Shown here: positions 31,518 through 42,563 of the stretch, piece by piece
Layout of the letters: each line of letters begins with the position of its first letter
How positions within the stretch are numbered: position 1 is the stretch's first letter
NCBI GenBank assembly: GCA_023417655.1
Contig: JAEZFD010000052.1
Coordinates: forward strand, 3,150 to 67,149
Origin: Planctomycetota bacterium
GTDB lineage: Bacteria > Planctomycetota > Planctomycetia > Planctomycetales > Planctomycetaceae
Length of the DNA: 64,000 nt
Direction: 5' to 3'
The notes under the pieces: model-generated
Seen by the model: the letters and a program-made list of their open reading frames with translations, nothing else
Database searches by the model: none
Told to the model about the DNA's origin: nothing
Translations under genes and position numbers: made by a program

Positions 31518-32021
31518 ATGCTGATCGGAATTTTTTCAGACACACATGATCATCTCGACAATATCCGTCGGGCCGTCGCTTTCTTCAACGAACGAGAGTG
31601 CAAGTATGTCCTCTTCGCCGGAGATCTGGTTTCCACCTTTGCCATTCCTCCCCTGCGGCAATTGAAATGCCCGCTGATCGGCTGCTATGGAGATAACGAA
31701 GGGAACCGGATCGGCATCCAAGGGGGGATGCGGATCATTGGCCAGATCAGCGATGCCCCGGTGCAGACCGTGCTTGATGATGGCACGCGTGTTGTGATCG
31801 CTCATATGCCGCGACAGCTCAGGGCAGTGACGGAGCCGTTTGACGTCGCGATCCACGGACACACGCACAAGCCATCGATCCGAACTGATGACGCAGGGCG
31901 TCTGATTATCAATCCCGGCGAGACATCAGGATGGACTTACGGTAACCCCACCGTGGCACTTCTTGAGACCTCGAGTCGGCAGGCGGAGATCATTCCCCTG
32001 CTGACGCCGACCTCTGATTGA
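31518..32021 (+). CDS. Metallophosphoesterase (YfcE/MJ0936 family)
   Basis: SDTHD, AGD, GDNE, GHTH, INPGE. Confidence 0.9.
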   Translation: MLIGIFSDTHDHLDNIRRAVAFFNERECKYVLFAGDLVSTFAIPPLRQLKCPLIGCYGDNEGNRIGIQGGMRIIGQISDAPVQTVLDDGTRVVIAHMPRQLRAVTEPFDVAIHGHTHKPSIRTDDAGRLIINPGETSGWTYGNPTVALLETSSRQAEIIPLLTPTSD

Positions 32022-32066
32022 ACGTCCCGACAAACACCCTGTCTGCAGTGTCAGCCCCTCTCAGAC

Positions 32067-32103
32067 AAAAAAATGACCTGCGTTCCGGGGAGAACGCAGG
32101 TCA
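32067..32103 (-). terminator. Intrinsic terminator after sodA
   Basis: TGACCTGCGTTC/GAACGCAGGTCA 12-bp stem with an A7 tract on the plus strand. Confidence 0.85.
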
Positions 32104-32141
32104 CTGACTCAATTTCCAGACGAAGCAGGAAAAGTCACTCG

Positions 32142-32750
32142 TTACTTCGCAGCTTCGAAGCGACGGGAGACTTCGTCCCAGTTCACCAGATTCCAGAAGG
32201 CGGCGATGTAATCAGGCCGACGGTTCTGGTAGTGCAGGTAGTAGGCGTGTTCCCAGACGTCGAGACCGAGAATTGGAGTCCGGCCTTCAGAGAGTGGGTT
32301 GTCCTGATTCGGAGTGCTTTCGACGACGAGCTTGCCGTTGTTCACTGACAGCCAGGCCCAGCCGCTTCCGAACCGGGTTGCTGCAGCGTTGTTGAAGTCG
32401 GTCTTGAACTTCTCGAAGCCGCCCAGGTCGTTCTTGATCGCTTCAGCAAGAGCTCCAGTCGGTTCACCGCCGCCCCCCTTCTTCAGGATGGTCCAGAACA
32501 GCGAGTGGTTGGCATGCCCACCGCCATTGTTGCGGACGGCTGTGCGAATCGATTCTGGAACGGAAGAAAGTCCGGCGACCAGATCTTCCACGGACTTGGC
32601 GGCGAGTTCCGGATGACCTTCCAGCGCCTTGTTCACGTTGGTGATGTAGGCCTGATGATGCTTGGTATGGTGGATTTCCATCGTCTTGGCATCGATGTGC
32701 GGTTCCAAGGCATCATAGGCGTACGGAAGCGGGGGAAGCGTATAAGCCAT
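32142..32750 (-). CDS. sodA: Superoxide dismutase [Mn/Fe], Mn-type signature
   Basis: [40 protein letters not shown]. Start at MAYTLP. Confidence 0.95.
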   Translation of the reverse strand: MAYTLPPLPYAYDALEPHIDAKTMEIHHTKHHQAYITNVNKALEGHPELAAKSVEDLVAGLSSVPESIRTAVRNNGGGHANHSLFWTILKKGGGGEPTGALAEAIKNDLGGFEKFKTDFNNAAATRFGSGWAWLSVNNGKLVVESTPNQDNPLSEGRTPILGLDVWEHAYYLHYQNRRPDYIAAFWNLVNWDEVSRRFEAAK

Positions 32751-33049
32751 CGGGGGCTCTCCTCGTCGACGATCGAAAGGTAGTGGTGACACTGCAGCCG
32801 CCATTTTAGACCAATCCTGCAGCCTCACAACCTACTTCATTCAATTCTGAAAGTCCGCTGACGGCACTCCTTCCAAATTCTCCCTGGAAACGCCGGTTGC
32901 CTTCAATGATGGCCTTCAGTGCGACCCTTCCCCCGTCCTCGTCCTGATGGCTCTGGAATCCCTGACAGGGAAATGCCAGAATGTCGATTCTTCACTGGCG
33001 AGGTCTCGGCAGTGAGTTTGAGTGACGGCATCCAGGCAGGCAGTGAGTC

Positions 33050-34648
33050 GTGAGTACAGTCGTTCGTGGGTCCGCTTCGCGGGTCCGTACCGTCGCCGTG
33101 ATCGATGTCGGAACATCCTCAATCCGCATGGCGATTGCCGAGATTCAGCCGGAAGGGACGATCCGCACACTGGAATCCCTCACTCAGGCGGTGCATCTCG
33201 GGAGCGACACATTCACCACCGGTGAAATTTCCCGGACGACCATCGAGGAATGCGTCTCGGTACTTCGGAGTTACAAGCAGAAGCTCGGGGAATATCAGAT
33301 CACCCGGGCAGAAGACATCCGGATTGTTGCAACGACCGCAGTTCGCGAGGCCATCAACCGCCTGACGTTCATCGATCGAATCTATGTGGCGACAGGTCTG
33401 TCGGTCGAAACTCTGGAAGAAGCCGAGGTTCACCGCATCATTTACCGCGGAGTTCAGCCGCTGCTGAAGGCCCAGCCGGCATTGTTCAAGTCAGAAACCA
33501 TGGTCGTTGAGGTCGGAGGTGGAAACACCGAACTTCTGACACTCGTCCAGGGAAACGTTGCCAATACCCATGGGTTCCGCCTGGGATCTCTGCGACTGCA
33601 ACAGACTGCCAGTTCTTATCGGGTGCCTCGTTCGAGAACCCGACAGGTCTACGAGGGTGAAATCCACAGTCATCTGGAGGCATTCACCGAACCTCTGCGG
33701 GCTCACGTGAATGCCAACATGGTGGCCATGGGGGGAGACATCCGATTCGCCGCAGAAGAAATTCTCAAAGATGTCGTCAGTGAAGATCATCTCGTCGAAC
33801 TGCCGGTCGCAGATCTCGCAAAGTTCGTCAACTACGTCTTCTCACGCAGCGAAGAACAGCTGGTCAACGAGTTCCACCTGACTTACCCCGAGGCCGAAAC
33901 TGTCGGCCCGGCCCTGCTGATCAATTTGAGTGTGGCCCAGCTTCTGGAAGTCTCGAAGATCTACGTCTGCAATATGAACCTGCGGGACGGCCTCCTCCGT
34001 GATATGTCCGAGGGGGGAGCCTGGACCGATGACTTTCAGCGTCAGATCATTCGCGCGACCTGGGAACTCGCCCGGCGTTATCACGTAGATGAAGACCACT
34101 CACGCAACGTCGCCGAACTCTGCCGACAGCTATTCCGGCAACTGCGGAAAGAGCATGGCCTCGAAGACCGCTATGAAACTCTCCTTTATGTCGCCGCAGC
34201 ACTCCATGAGACCGGTGCCTATATCAATGCTTCGAGTCTGCACAAGCACTCGATGTATCTGATCATGAACAGTACCCTCTTCGGGCTGACGGCTGATGAC
34301 CTTCAGATCGTGGGGCTCGTTGCTCGTTACCATCGCCGCTCCATGCCCAAAACAACGCATCACCCTTATGCCACGATGGAACGAGCCAAGCGTGTGATCG
34401 TCTCAAAACTGGCTTCAATTCTCCGACTGGCCATTGCTCTGGACGCATCACGCCATCAACGAGTCCGGCAACTCGAATGCAGCCGCGTGCGGAACCGGAT
34501 TGTCATTTCCGTTCCAGCACTGGACGACCTGTCCATTGAACAGATCGCTCTACGACGGAATCAGGGATTCTTCGAGACCATCTTCGGCCTCGAAGTCTTG
34601 CTGCGTCCCCAAATCAAGCCGTTGATTTCCGAGCAGACGATTCTGTAA
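33050..34648 (+). CDS. Ppx/GppA phosphatase family protein with HD-like C-domain
   Basis: IDVGTSSIR, ATTAVREA, EVGGGNTE, LGSLR, LRDGLL, AALHETG, ARYHR. Confidence 0.88.
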   Translation: MSTVVRGSASRVRTVAVIDVGTSSIRMAIAEIQPEGTIRTLESLTQAVHLGSDTFTTGEISRTTIEECVSVLRSYKQKLGEYQITRAEDIRIVATTAVREAINRLTFIDRIYVATGLSVETLEEAEVHRIIYRGVQPLLKAQPALFKSETMVVEVGGGNTELLTLVQGNVANTHGFRLGSLRLQQTASSYRVPRSRTRQVYEGEIHSHLEAFTEPLRAHVNANMVAMGGDIRFAAEEILKDVVSEDHLVELPVADLAKFVNYVFSRSEEQLVNEFHLTYPEAETVGPALLINLSVAQLLEVSKIYVCNMNLRDGLLRDMSEGGAWTDDFQRQIIRATWELARRYHVDEDHSRNVAELCRQLFRQLRKEHGLEDRYETLLYVAAALHETGAYINASSLHKHSMYLIMNSTLFGLTADDLQIVGLVARYHRRSMPKTTHHPYATMERAKRVIVSKLASILRLAIALDASRHQRVRQLECSRVRNRIVISVPALDDLSIEQIALRRNQGFFETIFGLEVLLRPQIKPLISEQTIL

Positions 34649-34818
34649 ATCAGCTCGCAGATCGCTTCGAAGTCACTTAAGAATCCATGCGGCGTGGAAT
34701 GTTGATTCCGGAGATTTGTCGGAGCGCAGGCGGTCCGTGCAGAAAATGGACTCACGTAACCCTGAGCGAGGCGGCGACCACCCGAAGTCCGTGGGCTCGG
34801 AATATTGAGAAGCCGCGC

Positions 34819-34850
34819 AAAAGAAAAGGGGAGTGTCGGAACACTCCCCT
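34819..34850 (-). terminator. Intrinsic terminator after the MarR gene
   Basis: AGGGGAGTGT-cgga-ACACTCCCCT with an A-rich tract. Confidence 0.75.
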
Positions 34851-34928
34851 GTCAGAGACCCGCAAATAGATTAAATGTGAGTGACGCTCGTCACCCCGGT
34901 TTGACAATGGCCCAAGTCAAACACTTTG

Positions 34929-35450
34929 CTACCGAGCGGAGTCAACTTCAGCAAGTTCCCCATAAAATGCCCGGGGGAGCTCGTCAGCCTGCTCACCGGC
35001 AACCTGCGTTGGCTCAACGTATTCGAGGTTGTCACGGATCCGCTGGCAGAAGTCTCGCAGCTGTGCGAGTTCCTCAGGCGAGAAGCCTTGAACGGCCTGT
35101 CGACGGAATTCCTGTGACACTGACGAAACGCGACGCCACAGCTCTTCAGCTTTTTCGGTCGGGCGGATCTGGTTCTTGCGTCGGTCCTGATCGCAGGATC
35201 GACGGTCCAGCAGCCCGTCACGCTGCATGCGGTTAATCACACCGGCCATCGTGTGCGGCTCGATTCCGAGCGCTTCCGCCAATTCTGACTGTGACCCACA
35301 ACGACCAGAGGAGGAAAGCCACGCAAGGACCTCCCACTGTCGAAATGTGATTCCTTCTCGAAGGAATCGGGCCCCGATATGCTTCCGAAGCGCATGGGAC
35401 GTATTGACGATCCAATGGCCGACGCTGTTCTCCCAATCATACTCAAGCAC
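34929..35450 (-). CDS. MarR-family transcriptional regulator
   Basis: ITFRQWEVL, SQSELAEALGIE, DQDRR. GTG start after CCAGGAG. Confidence 0.9.
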   Translation of the reverse strand: MLEYDWENSVGHWIVNTSHALRKHIGARFLREGITFRQWEVLAWLSSSGRCGSQSELAEALGIEPHTMAGVINRMQRDGLLDRRSCDQDRRKNQIRPTEKAEELWRRVSSVSQEFRRQAVQGFSPEELAQLRDFCQRIRDNLEYVEPTQVAGEQADELPRAFYGELAEVDSAR

Positions 35451-36176
35451 GTGAATGTCTCCTGGAGATCGAATCAACCCCAATAACGTTCGCAGGCTCT
35501 CTTCTTAATCGCAGAAAAATTGACGAACCGAGCACTGGTCTGCCAAAGTCTGCAATAGGGGAAACTGGCGAGAGGAATGTCCTCCGTGCGAAGCCCCCCC
35601 TTCCTCCTCCAATCTCGACCTGCATTACTGCAGGTCGAAGTGAGTTCAAGCACTGTCTGGGCAGTTCGACCATCGATCAATGACGAAAACTGAGAGTTTG
35701 ACTCAGTTCGCGCCTCACTCACGTTGATTTGCCGAAGCCTGCCCTGAAAATGGAACGACTGAGTTGGTTGTCCGTGCGAACCACGGACGTTGAATTCACC
35801 TGACTACTTCAGAACCGCAACCTCAACCCCAAGATGATCACCGCTGGAATGAATGTCGGCGAGTTGAAGAAGATTGGCCCTGTTGAGCGATAAGCAACGT
35901 TGAGATCGTCGCCATTTGTGGTATGGATCTTAATCATCTCACGACCCAAAAAATAGATGCGAACCCAACCTGCGCTCGATTTTCCCTGAACTTTAGCAAG
36001 GTTCGCTTGTCTCCTGTTGCGAAACTCACCAGAATTTTATCGTTAATTTTCAATCAGAATTATAATTCGTTCAAATCGTTTGAATGAGCCTCTCAGATCC
36101 CGCCTCGAAACGCTTTCTCACGGTCTGCCTGAAAGACCTCTCACACTCCTAAACGAGCTTTGAAGGAAAAATCAAC

Positions 36177-37184
36177 GTGATTCGTGTGGCAATTCAAGGA
36201 GGGAGTGGGTACACCGCCCTGGAACTCATCAAGCTGCTCCTGCGGCATCCTAACGCTCAGATTACAGTCGTCACCAGTCGTACTGAGACAGGCCCGATTA
36301 GCAAGGTTCACCCCAGCCTCGCCGGGCGTCTGGACCTGAATTTTACGAACCCAACCGCTGAAGAAATGGCGGCAAACGCTGACGTTTGCTTCTGCTGTCT
36401 GCCACACCGCGCGAGCATGGAGGCCATCCCTTCCCTGCTGGCGACCAGCTTGAAAGTCATTGACCTTTCGGCCGATTACCGTCTCAGTGACCCCGCGGTC
36501 TATGAAAAGTGGTATGGGCATGTCCACACGGATCCGACTCGACTCGGCAGCACCGTCTATGGACTGCCTGAGCTCTATCACGACAAAATTCCCGGGAAGG
36601 ATCTCATCGCAAATCCCGGGTGCTACACCAGCACTTCTATCCTGGCTCTGGCTCCGCTGCTAACAGCCCGGTTCATTCAACCGCAGGGAATTATCATCGA
36701 TGCAAAAAGCGGTGTTTCCGGGGCGGGACGCAGCGCCAAGGTCGAGCTCCTTTATGCTGAATGTAACGAAAGCCTTTCCGCTTACGCCTTGGGGAACCAC
36801 CGTCATACTCCGGAGATCGAGCAGGTTCTTTCCGATATTTCCGGTCAGAAGGTTGACGTGATCTTTACTCCCCATCTGACACCGATGGAACGGGGAATCT
36901 TCGCTACCGTCTATGCGATTCCGACCCAGCCGCTGACCCAGGAAAAGTTGCTGGAAGTCATGCGGAATTACTATGCAGGCAAACCGTTTGTCAAAGTCGT
37001 CGATCACCTGCCGAAGACCCGCGATGTGGCAGGAACAAATTTCTGCCACATCACCGCGCGAGTCGTAAAAGACCGAGTGATCGTGCTGGCAGTGCTGGAC
37101 AATCTCCTCAAGGGAGCCAGTGGAGTCGCTGTTCAGAATTTCAATCTCATGTTCGGCTTCGACGAATCGACTGCACTTGTGTAA
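36177..37184 (+). CDS. argC: N-acetyl-gamma-glutamyl-phosphate reductase
   Basis: [47 protein letters not shown]. Confidence 0.97.
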   Translation: MIRVAIQGGSGYTALELIKLLLRHPNAQITVVTSRTETGPISKVHPSLAGRLDLNFTNPTAEEMAANADVCFCCLPHRASMEAIPSLLATSLKVIDLSADYRLSDPAVYEKWYGHVHTDPTRLGSTVYGLPELYHDKIPGKDLIANPGCYTSTSILALAPLLTARFIQPQGIIIDAKSGVSGAGRSAKVELLYAECNESLSAYALGNHRHTPEIEQVLSDISGQKVDVIFTPHLTPMERGIFATVYAIPTQPLTQEKLLEVMRNYYAGKPFVKVVDHLPKTRDVAGTNFCHITARVVKDRVIVLAVLDNLLKGASGVAVQNFNLMFGFDESTALV

Positions 37185-37404
37185 GGTGTGAGGAGATCGG
37201 TTTCCGAATCGCCATAGAATGCTAACGGGAGATCCTCCCGTGACGCCGCTCATCGATGCCGGGTCGCTTTCAAGTTACCCGGCATCTGTAGTGTCAGTAC
37301 CTGAGTCCTGTTGCTCTCGGGGCGTCCGATCGCAGACGTGGGATGATCCATCTCCTTCACCGCTTCTGACTCAGGGCGCGTGATCTCCAGCCGGGACGGA
37401 CGAC

Positions 37405-38412
37405 ATGAGCAGCGACTTCGATCGAGAGAAGGAAATCGTGCTGAAGCTCCGCGAGAGCCGACAGCAGATCCGCGAACAGCTCGCAAAGGCCATCGTCGGC
37501 CAGCACGACATCATTGAACAGGTTCTGATCGCGCTGATGTCAGGTGGTCACTGTCTCATCACAGGAGCTCCCGGGCTCGCAAAGACACTGCTTGTCAAAT
37601 CAATCGCCCAGATCTTCCATCTAAAGTTTCAACGGGTGCAGTTCACGCCCGATCTGATGCCAGCGGATATCACAGGGACCGAGATTCTTGAAGAGAATGC
37701 GCAAGGCCGTCGAACCTTGCACTTCGTCCCCGGTCCTATTTTTGCCAACGTCATCCTGGCTGATGAGATCAACCGCACACCTCCCAAGACGCAGGCTGCA
37801 CTGCTGGAGGCAATGCAGGAACATCAGGTCACTGCAGCAGGAAAGCGGTACCCGCTTGAACCACCTTTCTTTGTACTCGCAACTCAGAATCCGATCGAGA
37901 TGGAGGGGACCTATCCTCTACCAGAAGCCCAGCTCGACCGGTTTATGCTGAATGTCGTTGTGAACTATCTACCGCTGGAAGATGAAGTGACTGTCGTCGA
38001 GCGTACGACAGCCGGCCGCCCAGAACCGATTCTGCCCCTCTTCACTGGAGAGGACATCCTGTCATTCCAGCAGATCGTCCGAGGAGTTCCGATTGCACGA
38101 GAGCTGGTTCAATACGCTGTGCAGCTGGCAGCCAGTTCACGGCCTCACCAGCAGGGAACCCCCGCCTTTGTGAACCAGTACGTCAATTGGGGAGCAGGGA
38201 CTCGGGCCTCGCAATACCTGGTCCTCGGCGCAAAGGCCCGCGCACTGCTTCAGGGGAAATCACACGTCAGTCTGGAGGACATTCGTCAGGTGGCCCTGCC
38301 AGTCCTCCGACATCGCGTGCTGCTGAATTACAAAGCGGAAGCCGAGGGCAAGACTGTCGACGCTCTCATCGGCCAGTTGATCGAAACGGTCCCTGGTCCG
38401 ACCAGCAAATAG
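37405..38412 (+). CDS. moxR: MoxR-family AAA+ ATPase
   Basis: GAPGLAKT, RVQFTPDLMPADITG, LADEINR, ATQNPIEMEGTYPLPEAQLDRF. Confidence 0.93.
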   Translation: MSSDFDREKEIVLKLRESRQQIREQLAKAIVGQHDIIEQVLIALMSGGHCLITGAPGLAKTLLVKSIAQIFHLKFQRVQFTPDLMPADITGTEILEENAQGRRTLHFVPGPIFANVILADEINRTPPKTQAALLEAMQEHQVTAAGKRYPLEPPFFVLATQNPIEMEGTYPLPEAQLDRFMLNVVVNYLPLEDEVTVVERTTAGRPEPILPLFTGEDILSFQQIVRGVPIARELVQYAVQLAASSRPHQQGTPAFVNQYVNWGAGTRASQYLVLGAKARALLQGKSHVSLEDIRQVALPVLRHRVLLNYKAEAEGKTVDALIGQLIETVPGPTSK

Positions 38413-38661
38413 AAGCCGGAGTCGGCGAAAGCCACTCCTGGACCATTTTGCTTTTTGATCTGCCCGTCCTTGCCGCGCGGAAATGAATCATTCATCAACC
38501 GAAACTCGTGCTGCGCGGGCAGGCGGGAGAGCAAACTGCTCTCATTTCCCGAGCCAACTGCGCACACAAGCACAAAGTGCGTTCCGGAACCAAATGAAGG
38601 CGGACGGAATGAACCGCCCGCCTTCATTGAGAAATTCTCTTCGTGTTACTCTTTCAGAGAG

Positions 38662-41600
38662 TTACTCTTTCACTGTCACGTGACTGTAACTTCGCCAGTA
38701 ACGCTGTGGCAGCAACCCGATCAGGGCGACGATCAGCTGCGAGATCACAAAGAGTCCCAGCATCTTCAGGCGGCCTTCAGTGAAGCCATAGCTGTGCAAC
38801 CCGACGCCGAGTTCGTTCACACCGAACCAGGACCAGCTGACCACGATGTTCCCGAGGACAACAAGGATCGCCATTCCACGATCCCCAACCATTTTCCCCC
38901 AGCGTGCATGCAGCACCAGGGCGTTCCAGAGAACGATGATCAGGGCTCCGTTTTCTTTCGGATCCCAGCCCCAGAATCGCCCCCAGGAATCATCAGCCCA
39001 CAGGCCGCCCAGCACGGTTCCCCAGAAACTGAAGAAGGTCGCAAAGCACAGGGTCCCATAAGTCATGCGGATCAGTTCTTTGCTGATCTCAGGTGTCAGG
39101 TCACGCATGAAGACACCTCGCAGGATATACAGCAGCCCGAACGTCCCAGCCAGATAGGTCGTGGCGTAGCCGAGTGAAATACAGACCACATGGGTTGCCA
39201 GCCAGAATTGGGTATCCAGCACAGCCTCCAGTACGACAAAGGTGTCCCCATCGGCCGCGAGCCCCGCTGCGATGCGCAGTGTCAGGAAACCGACGATGGC
39301 CGCGGCGACGTTGCCGATTCCGAGCCGCGTCATCCATTCCATGATCAGCGCACCGAGCACCACGGCCCAGCCAATAAAGACCGCCGAGGAATACAGGTTC
39401 GTCACTGGCGGTCGCCCGGAGATGTAGATTCGTCCGACGAGTGCGAGTGTGTGCAGAATCAGAATCAGGACCAGCAACCAGAAGGCACTTCGCTGGAAGA
39501 CCTGTGGATAGCCGAGCCAGCCAATTGCCGCGAGGATCCCTGCGACAACGTACCACGTTGCACACAAGTCAAAGGGAGAGATCCGTGTGAACCAGCTCTC
39601 GAATTCGACCTTCTTCACCGGGAGGTCTTCAGCCGATTCATGCGACTTCAGGAACGCCTGATAGTCCTTCAGATCGGCATTGAACTTCTCGACATTCCCG
39701 GCCTTGTAATCATCGAGAATTGCAAGGAACTTCTCGATGGCTGCCGGCGTTGGCGCAGGAAACTCGCCGTAAAACTGCTGATAAATGTGGGCAATCGTCA
39801 ACGGTTCCCACTTCGTCTGCAGCTCGTCAATGTTCGGACGATTCTGTCCCTCGGTCCCAAGGTGCGTCGGCACAACAAGCGGTTGAGGACCGAGGCCGTA
39901 CTGCTTTGAGAATTCCTCAACAGCAGATCGGGTCCCCTTTAGGTATTCAAAATACTGCTGGGCTCTCGCTGCCAGCTTCATCGTCGGATTCAGGTTTTCA
40001 GCCGGTTCCGATTTCGGAAGAGGAGGAGCCTCACCCAGCGTGCGTTCCAGGAACAGATATAGGACGATCTGATTGGCAAGATTGATCGTCTTCCTCTGCA
40101 ACAGACTGCGATTCTTCGCTGGGGTCTGTGAGAAGAGCTGAGCCTGTTCAAACAGCTTAGGAAGCTTCTCACTCAATTCTGCGAAGCTGTATGTGAACCC
40201 CGGTCGTGTTTCCAGGCCGACAAGATTCCGGACTTCGTCATTCTCAATTCGGATGACGCGAATCTCGCGACCTTTGTCGGTATCAGCCATCAATGCGATC
40301 AACCATTCAATTGCCGGATGCCGCTTGCCCTCTTCATCTTTATAAGTCTGATAGTCCGATAGCTGCAGCAGGGTATTCCGCGCGAAGGTATCCATCGGCA
40401 TCGGCCGACCCTTGTACCAGATGGGAAGTTCACCGAACTCCGCCAGGTGGAACTGGTCCGGCTTCTCATGGATCGGACGCACAACCTGGAAGATGTTGTA
40501 GAGCGCCAGCAGAAGCACCGCTGCAGTCACTCCCCAGCTGATCTTCTGTATTTTGCGAGACTTCTCCTGATGCGTTACCGTCACGGTCTCGTCACTGGAA
40601 TCCGTCATCAGGGCCGTCCCTGTGGTCTCCCGCATCCGACGATGGAGGAATCGCAGCAGCGTCTGCCCGAAGTGATAGACCATACCGACAACGACCATCA
40701 TGCACGCGACATACGGCGTCATCCAGCCGGCGTTGTCCACCACCTGCAGGGTTGTCATCTCCCCGGAATCCAGTCGGTTATACCCGGACTGATAGAATGT
40801 CCGCCCGGCGTACCGCATCGGATTGTTCATCCAGATCCGGTAATCAAACTTCGAAGACTTCTCAGGGTCTTCCAGCGTGATATAGGAAGAGTAATCCTTC
40901 GGTTGGTCGGTCCCCTGATAATCGACTTTCTTAATGTCGTTCAGTGTCACTGAGTAAGGATTATAGAGTCGCTTAAAACGCAACGAGACATCATATGTCT
41001 TCCCATCAACAACCACCGGATCAGCGGTGTCATTCAGGTTGAGATCGAAGTGGGCCGACGCCAGATACGTCCCCAGATCCTTCCCCTCAGGTGAGATCAG
41101 CTGAAGATATGCACTCGGCACGTCAAATCGGCTGGCAGTATCAGTTCCTGTCGAGCCTGCGACGGGAACCGCACGCACCTGCTTGCCTGTTCCTTCCGTT
41201 GCCGGATTCTCAGCAGGCACCCCCTCCGGAACCGGCTGGCGCGGTCCCAGCAGATTCGAATTCGGGTAATAGCTCAGGACTTTGATCTTAAACGGAAGGC
41301 GCGGGTCACTGATCTCATCTCCGGCGCGGTTGAGGCGTCGGGCATCAATCACTGTGACTTTACTGTTCTTCGAATCGGAAGAATCCACAATCGCCAGTTC
41401 TGCTTCACGCATGTCGCGACTGAACCAGACTGTCTGTCCCTCTTGAATGTGCATCTGGCTTTCGACATGCTCAACTCCGACGAGCACGTCATAGGCCATC
41501 ATCAGTCCGATCCCGGCGTGCATCAGCACAATGCCGCCGCGTTTCTTGAAGACTGCCAGGCACCCTGCCAGCAACATCAGTCCTGCGAAAGTCGCCTGCA

Positions 41601-42405
41601 TCAGCTGATACAGAATCCGCATGGCTGACTGGTCACCGCCGTCGAACAGCGTCGCGAGATAAGAAGTCAGGGCCAGGGCGACCGCGAGACCACCATAGAT
41701 CCAGCGGCGTTCCGGATGTTGACGATCGGCCGTGATCGCGGCATACACGGAAATTGCGCAGAGCCCGAACAGTGTCGATTCAATCAACCACCAAAACGTC
41801 TGATAGCTGACCACAGGATCTGTCTGCAGGCCGTCCGCAGTGGAACCACTGACGATCACCGCGAAGGTGACAAGGGCTCCCAAGGCGATAATTCCCCAAC
41901 CGATATACAGTCGCTTCCCCTTGGCCTGAACCTTAAAGCGGACAGCATGAGCGGCCATCAGGTTGACAAACATCACGGCCCCGATCGTCCAGCCCTTCGG
42001 GAACCAGAACCCGGCATATGACGGGAGATTCAGACCGTTCTCACCGAAGTACGCAGGCGGGAAGAATGCCGGCGGGAAGAAGAGACTCAGCTTCACCCAG
42101 ACAAACAACTGGTCCAGATGGAGATACGGGAACGTGTTGGTCAGGAGCTGGCGGAAATCGACCCGGAAGTAGTCGTCGACAACCTTCCAGATGTCATCGT
42201 TCACCTGGGCCAGCGTTCCGACAAGAACGATGACGATCGCCGCGAGAAAGCAGGCCACCGTCAGCTTCAGCGAGGCCAGCGGCTTGAGCAGCCCGCGCCA
42301 TCCCCGATTCAGTTGCTCAGCAGAAACTCGTTCGACGTCAACCTGCGGGCTCGGACGTGACGTATTTGGGGCTGGATGATCCGCATTGTTCATGGGTTGC
42401 CTCAT
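38662..42405 (-). CDS. ccsA: Fused system II cytochrome c synthase (CcsB/ResB + CcsA/ResC)
   Basis: ResB-like LASLKLTV, HAGI and MNNPMRY. CcsA WWD domain WADDSWGRFWGWDPKE, WLATH, GLHSYG. Confidence 0.9.
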   Translation of the reverse strand: MRQPMNNADHPAPNTSRPSPQVDVERVSAEQLNRGWRGLLKPLASLKLTVACFLAAIVIVLVGTLAQVNDDIWKVVDDYFRVDFRQLLTNTFPYLHLDQLFVWVKLSLFFPPAFFPPAYFGENGLNLPSYAGFWFPKGWTIGAVMFVNLMAAHAVRFKVQAKGKRLYIGWGIIALGALVTFAVIVSGSTADGLQTDPVVSYQTFWWLIESTLFGLCAISVYAAITADRQHPERRWIYGGLAVALALTSYLATLFDGGDQSAMRILYQLMQATFAGLMLLAGCLAVFKKRGGIVLMHAGIGLMMAYDVLVGVEHVESQMHIQEGQTVWFSRDMREAELAIVDSSDSKNSKVTVIDARRLNRAGDEISDPRLPFKIKVLSYYPNSNLLGPRQPVPEGVPAENPATEGTGKQVRAVPVAGSTGTDTASRFDVPSAYLQLISPEGKDLGTYLASAHFDLNLNDTADPVVVDGKTYDVSLRFKRLYNPYSVTLNDIKKVDYQGTDQPKDYSSYITLEDPEKSSKFDYRIWMNNPMRYAGRTFYQSGYNRLDSGEMTTLQVVDNAGWMTPYVACMMVVVGMVYHFGQTLLRFLHRRMRETTGTALMTDSSDETVTVTHQEKSRKIQKISWGVTAAVLLLALYNIFQVVRPIHEKPDQFHLAEFGELPIWYKGRPMPMDTFARNTLLQLSDYQTYKDEEGKRHPAIEWLIALMADTDKGREIRVIRIENDEVRNLVGLETRPGFTYSFAELSEKLPKLFEQAQLFSQTPAKNRSLLQRKTINLANQIVLYLFLERTLGEAPPLPKSEPAENLNPTMKLAARAQQYFEYLKGTRSAVEEFSKQYGLGPQPLVVPTHLGTEGQNRPNIDELQTKWEPLTIAHIYQQFYGEFPAPTPAAIEKFLAILDDYKAGNVEKFNADLKDYQAFLKSHESAEDLPVKKVEFESWFTRISPFDLCATWYVVAGILAAIGWLGYPQVFQRSAFWLLVLILILHTLALVGRIYISGRPPVTNLYSSAVFIGWAVVLGALIMEWMTRLGIGNVAAAIVGFLTLRIAAGLAADGDTFVVLEAVLDTQFWLATHVVCISLGYATTYLAGTFGLLYILRGVFMRDLTPEISKELIRMTYGTLCFATFFSFWGTVLGGLWADDSWGRFWGWDPKENGALIIVLWNALVLHARWGKMVGDRGMAILVVLGNIVVSWSWFGVNELGVGLHSYGFTEGRLKMLGLFVISQLIVALIGLLPQRYWRSYSHVTVKE

Positions 42406-42563
42406 GATCACCTGATCGGGAGTGAGTCCTTGATGGCCTCTCCCGCGGTGCGATATCGAAAAGCTCAAATCGGACTTCGCCCGGTGAGAGCAGGATTGTG
42501 AGAAAGCGCTGGGTTGATGAAGTCTGCCGCTCCGACAGCGACTGTCATCTCCACCTGGAATGG

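Noticed and set aside
36056..36070. ARG-box-like GAAT-TATA-ATTC upstream of argC
   Set aside because: Single imperfect half of the usual tandem, in AT-rich DNA overlapping a TATAAT. No evidence for ArgR
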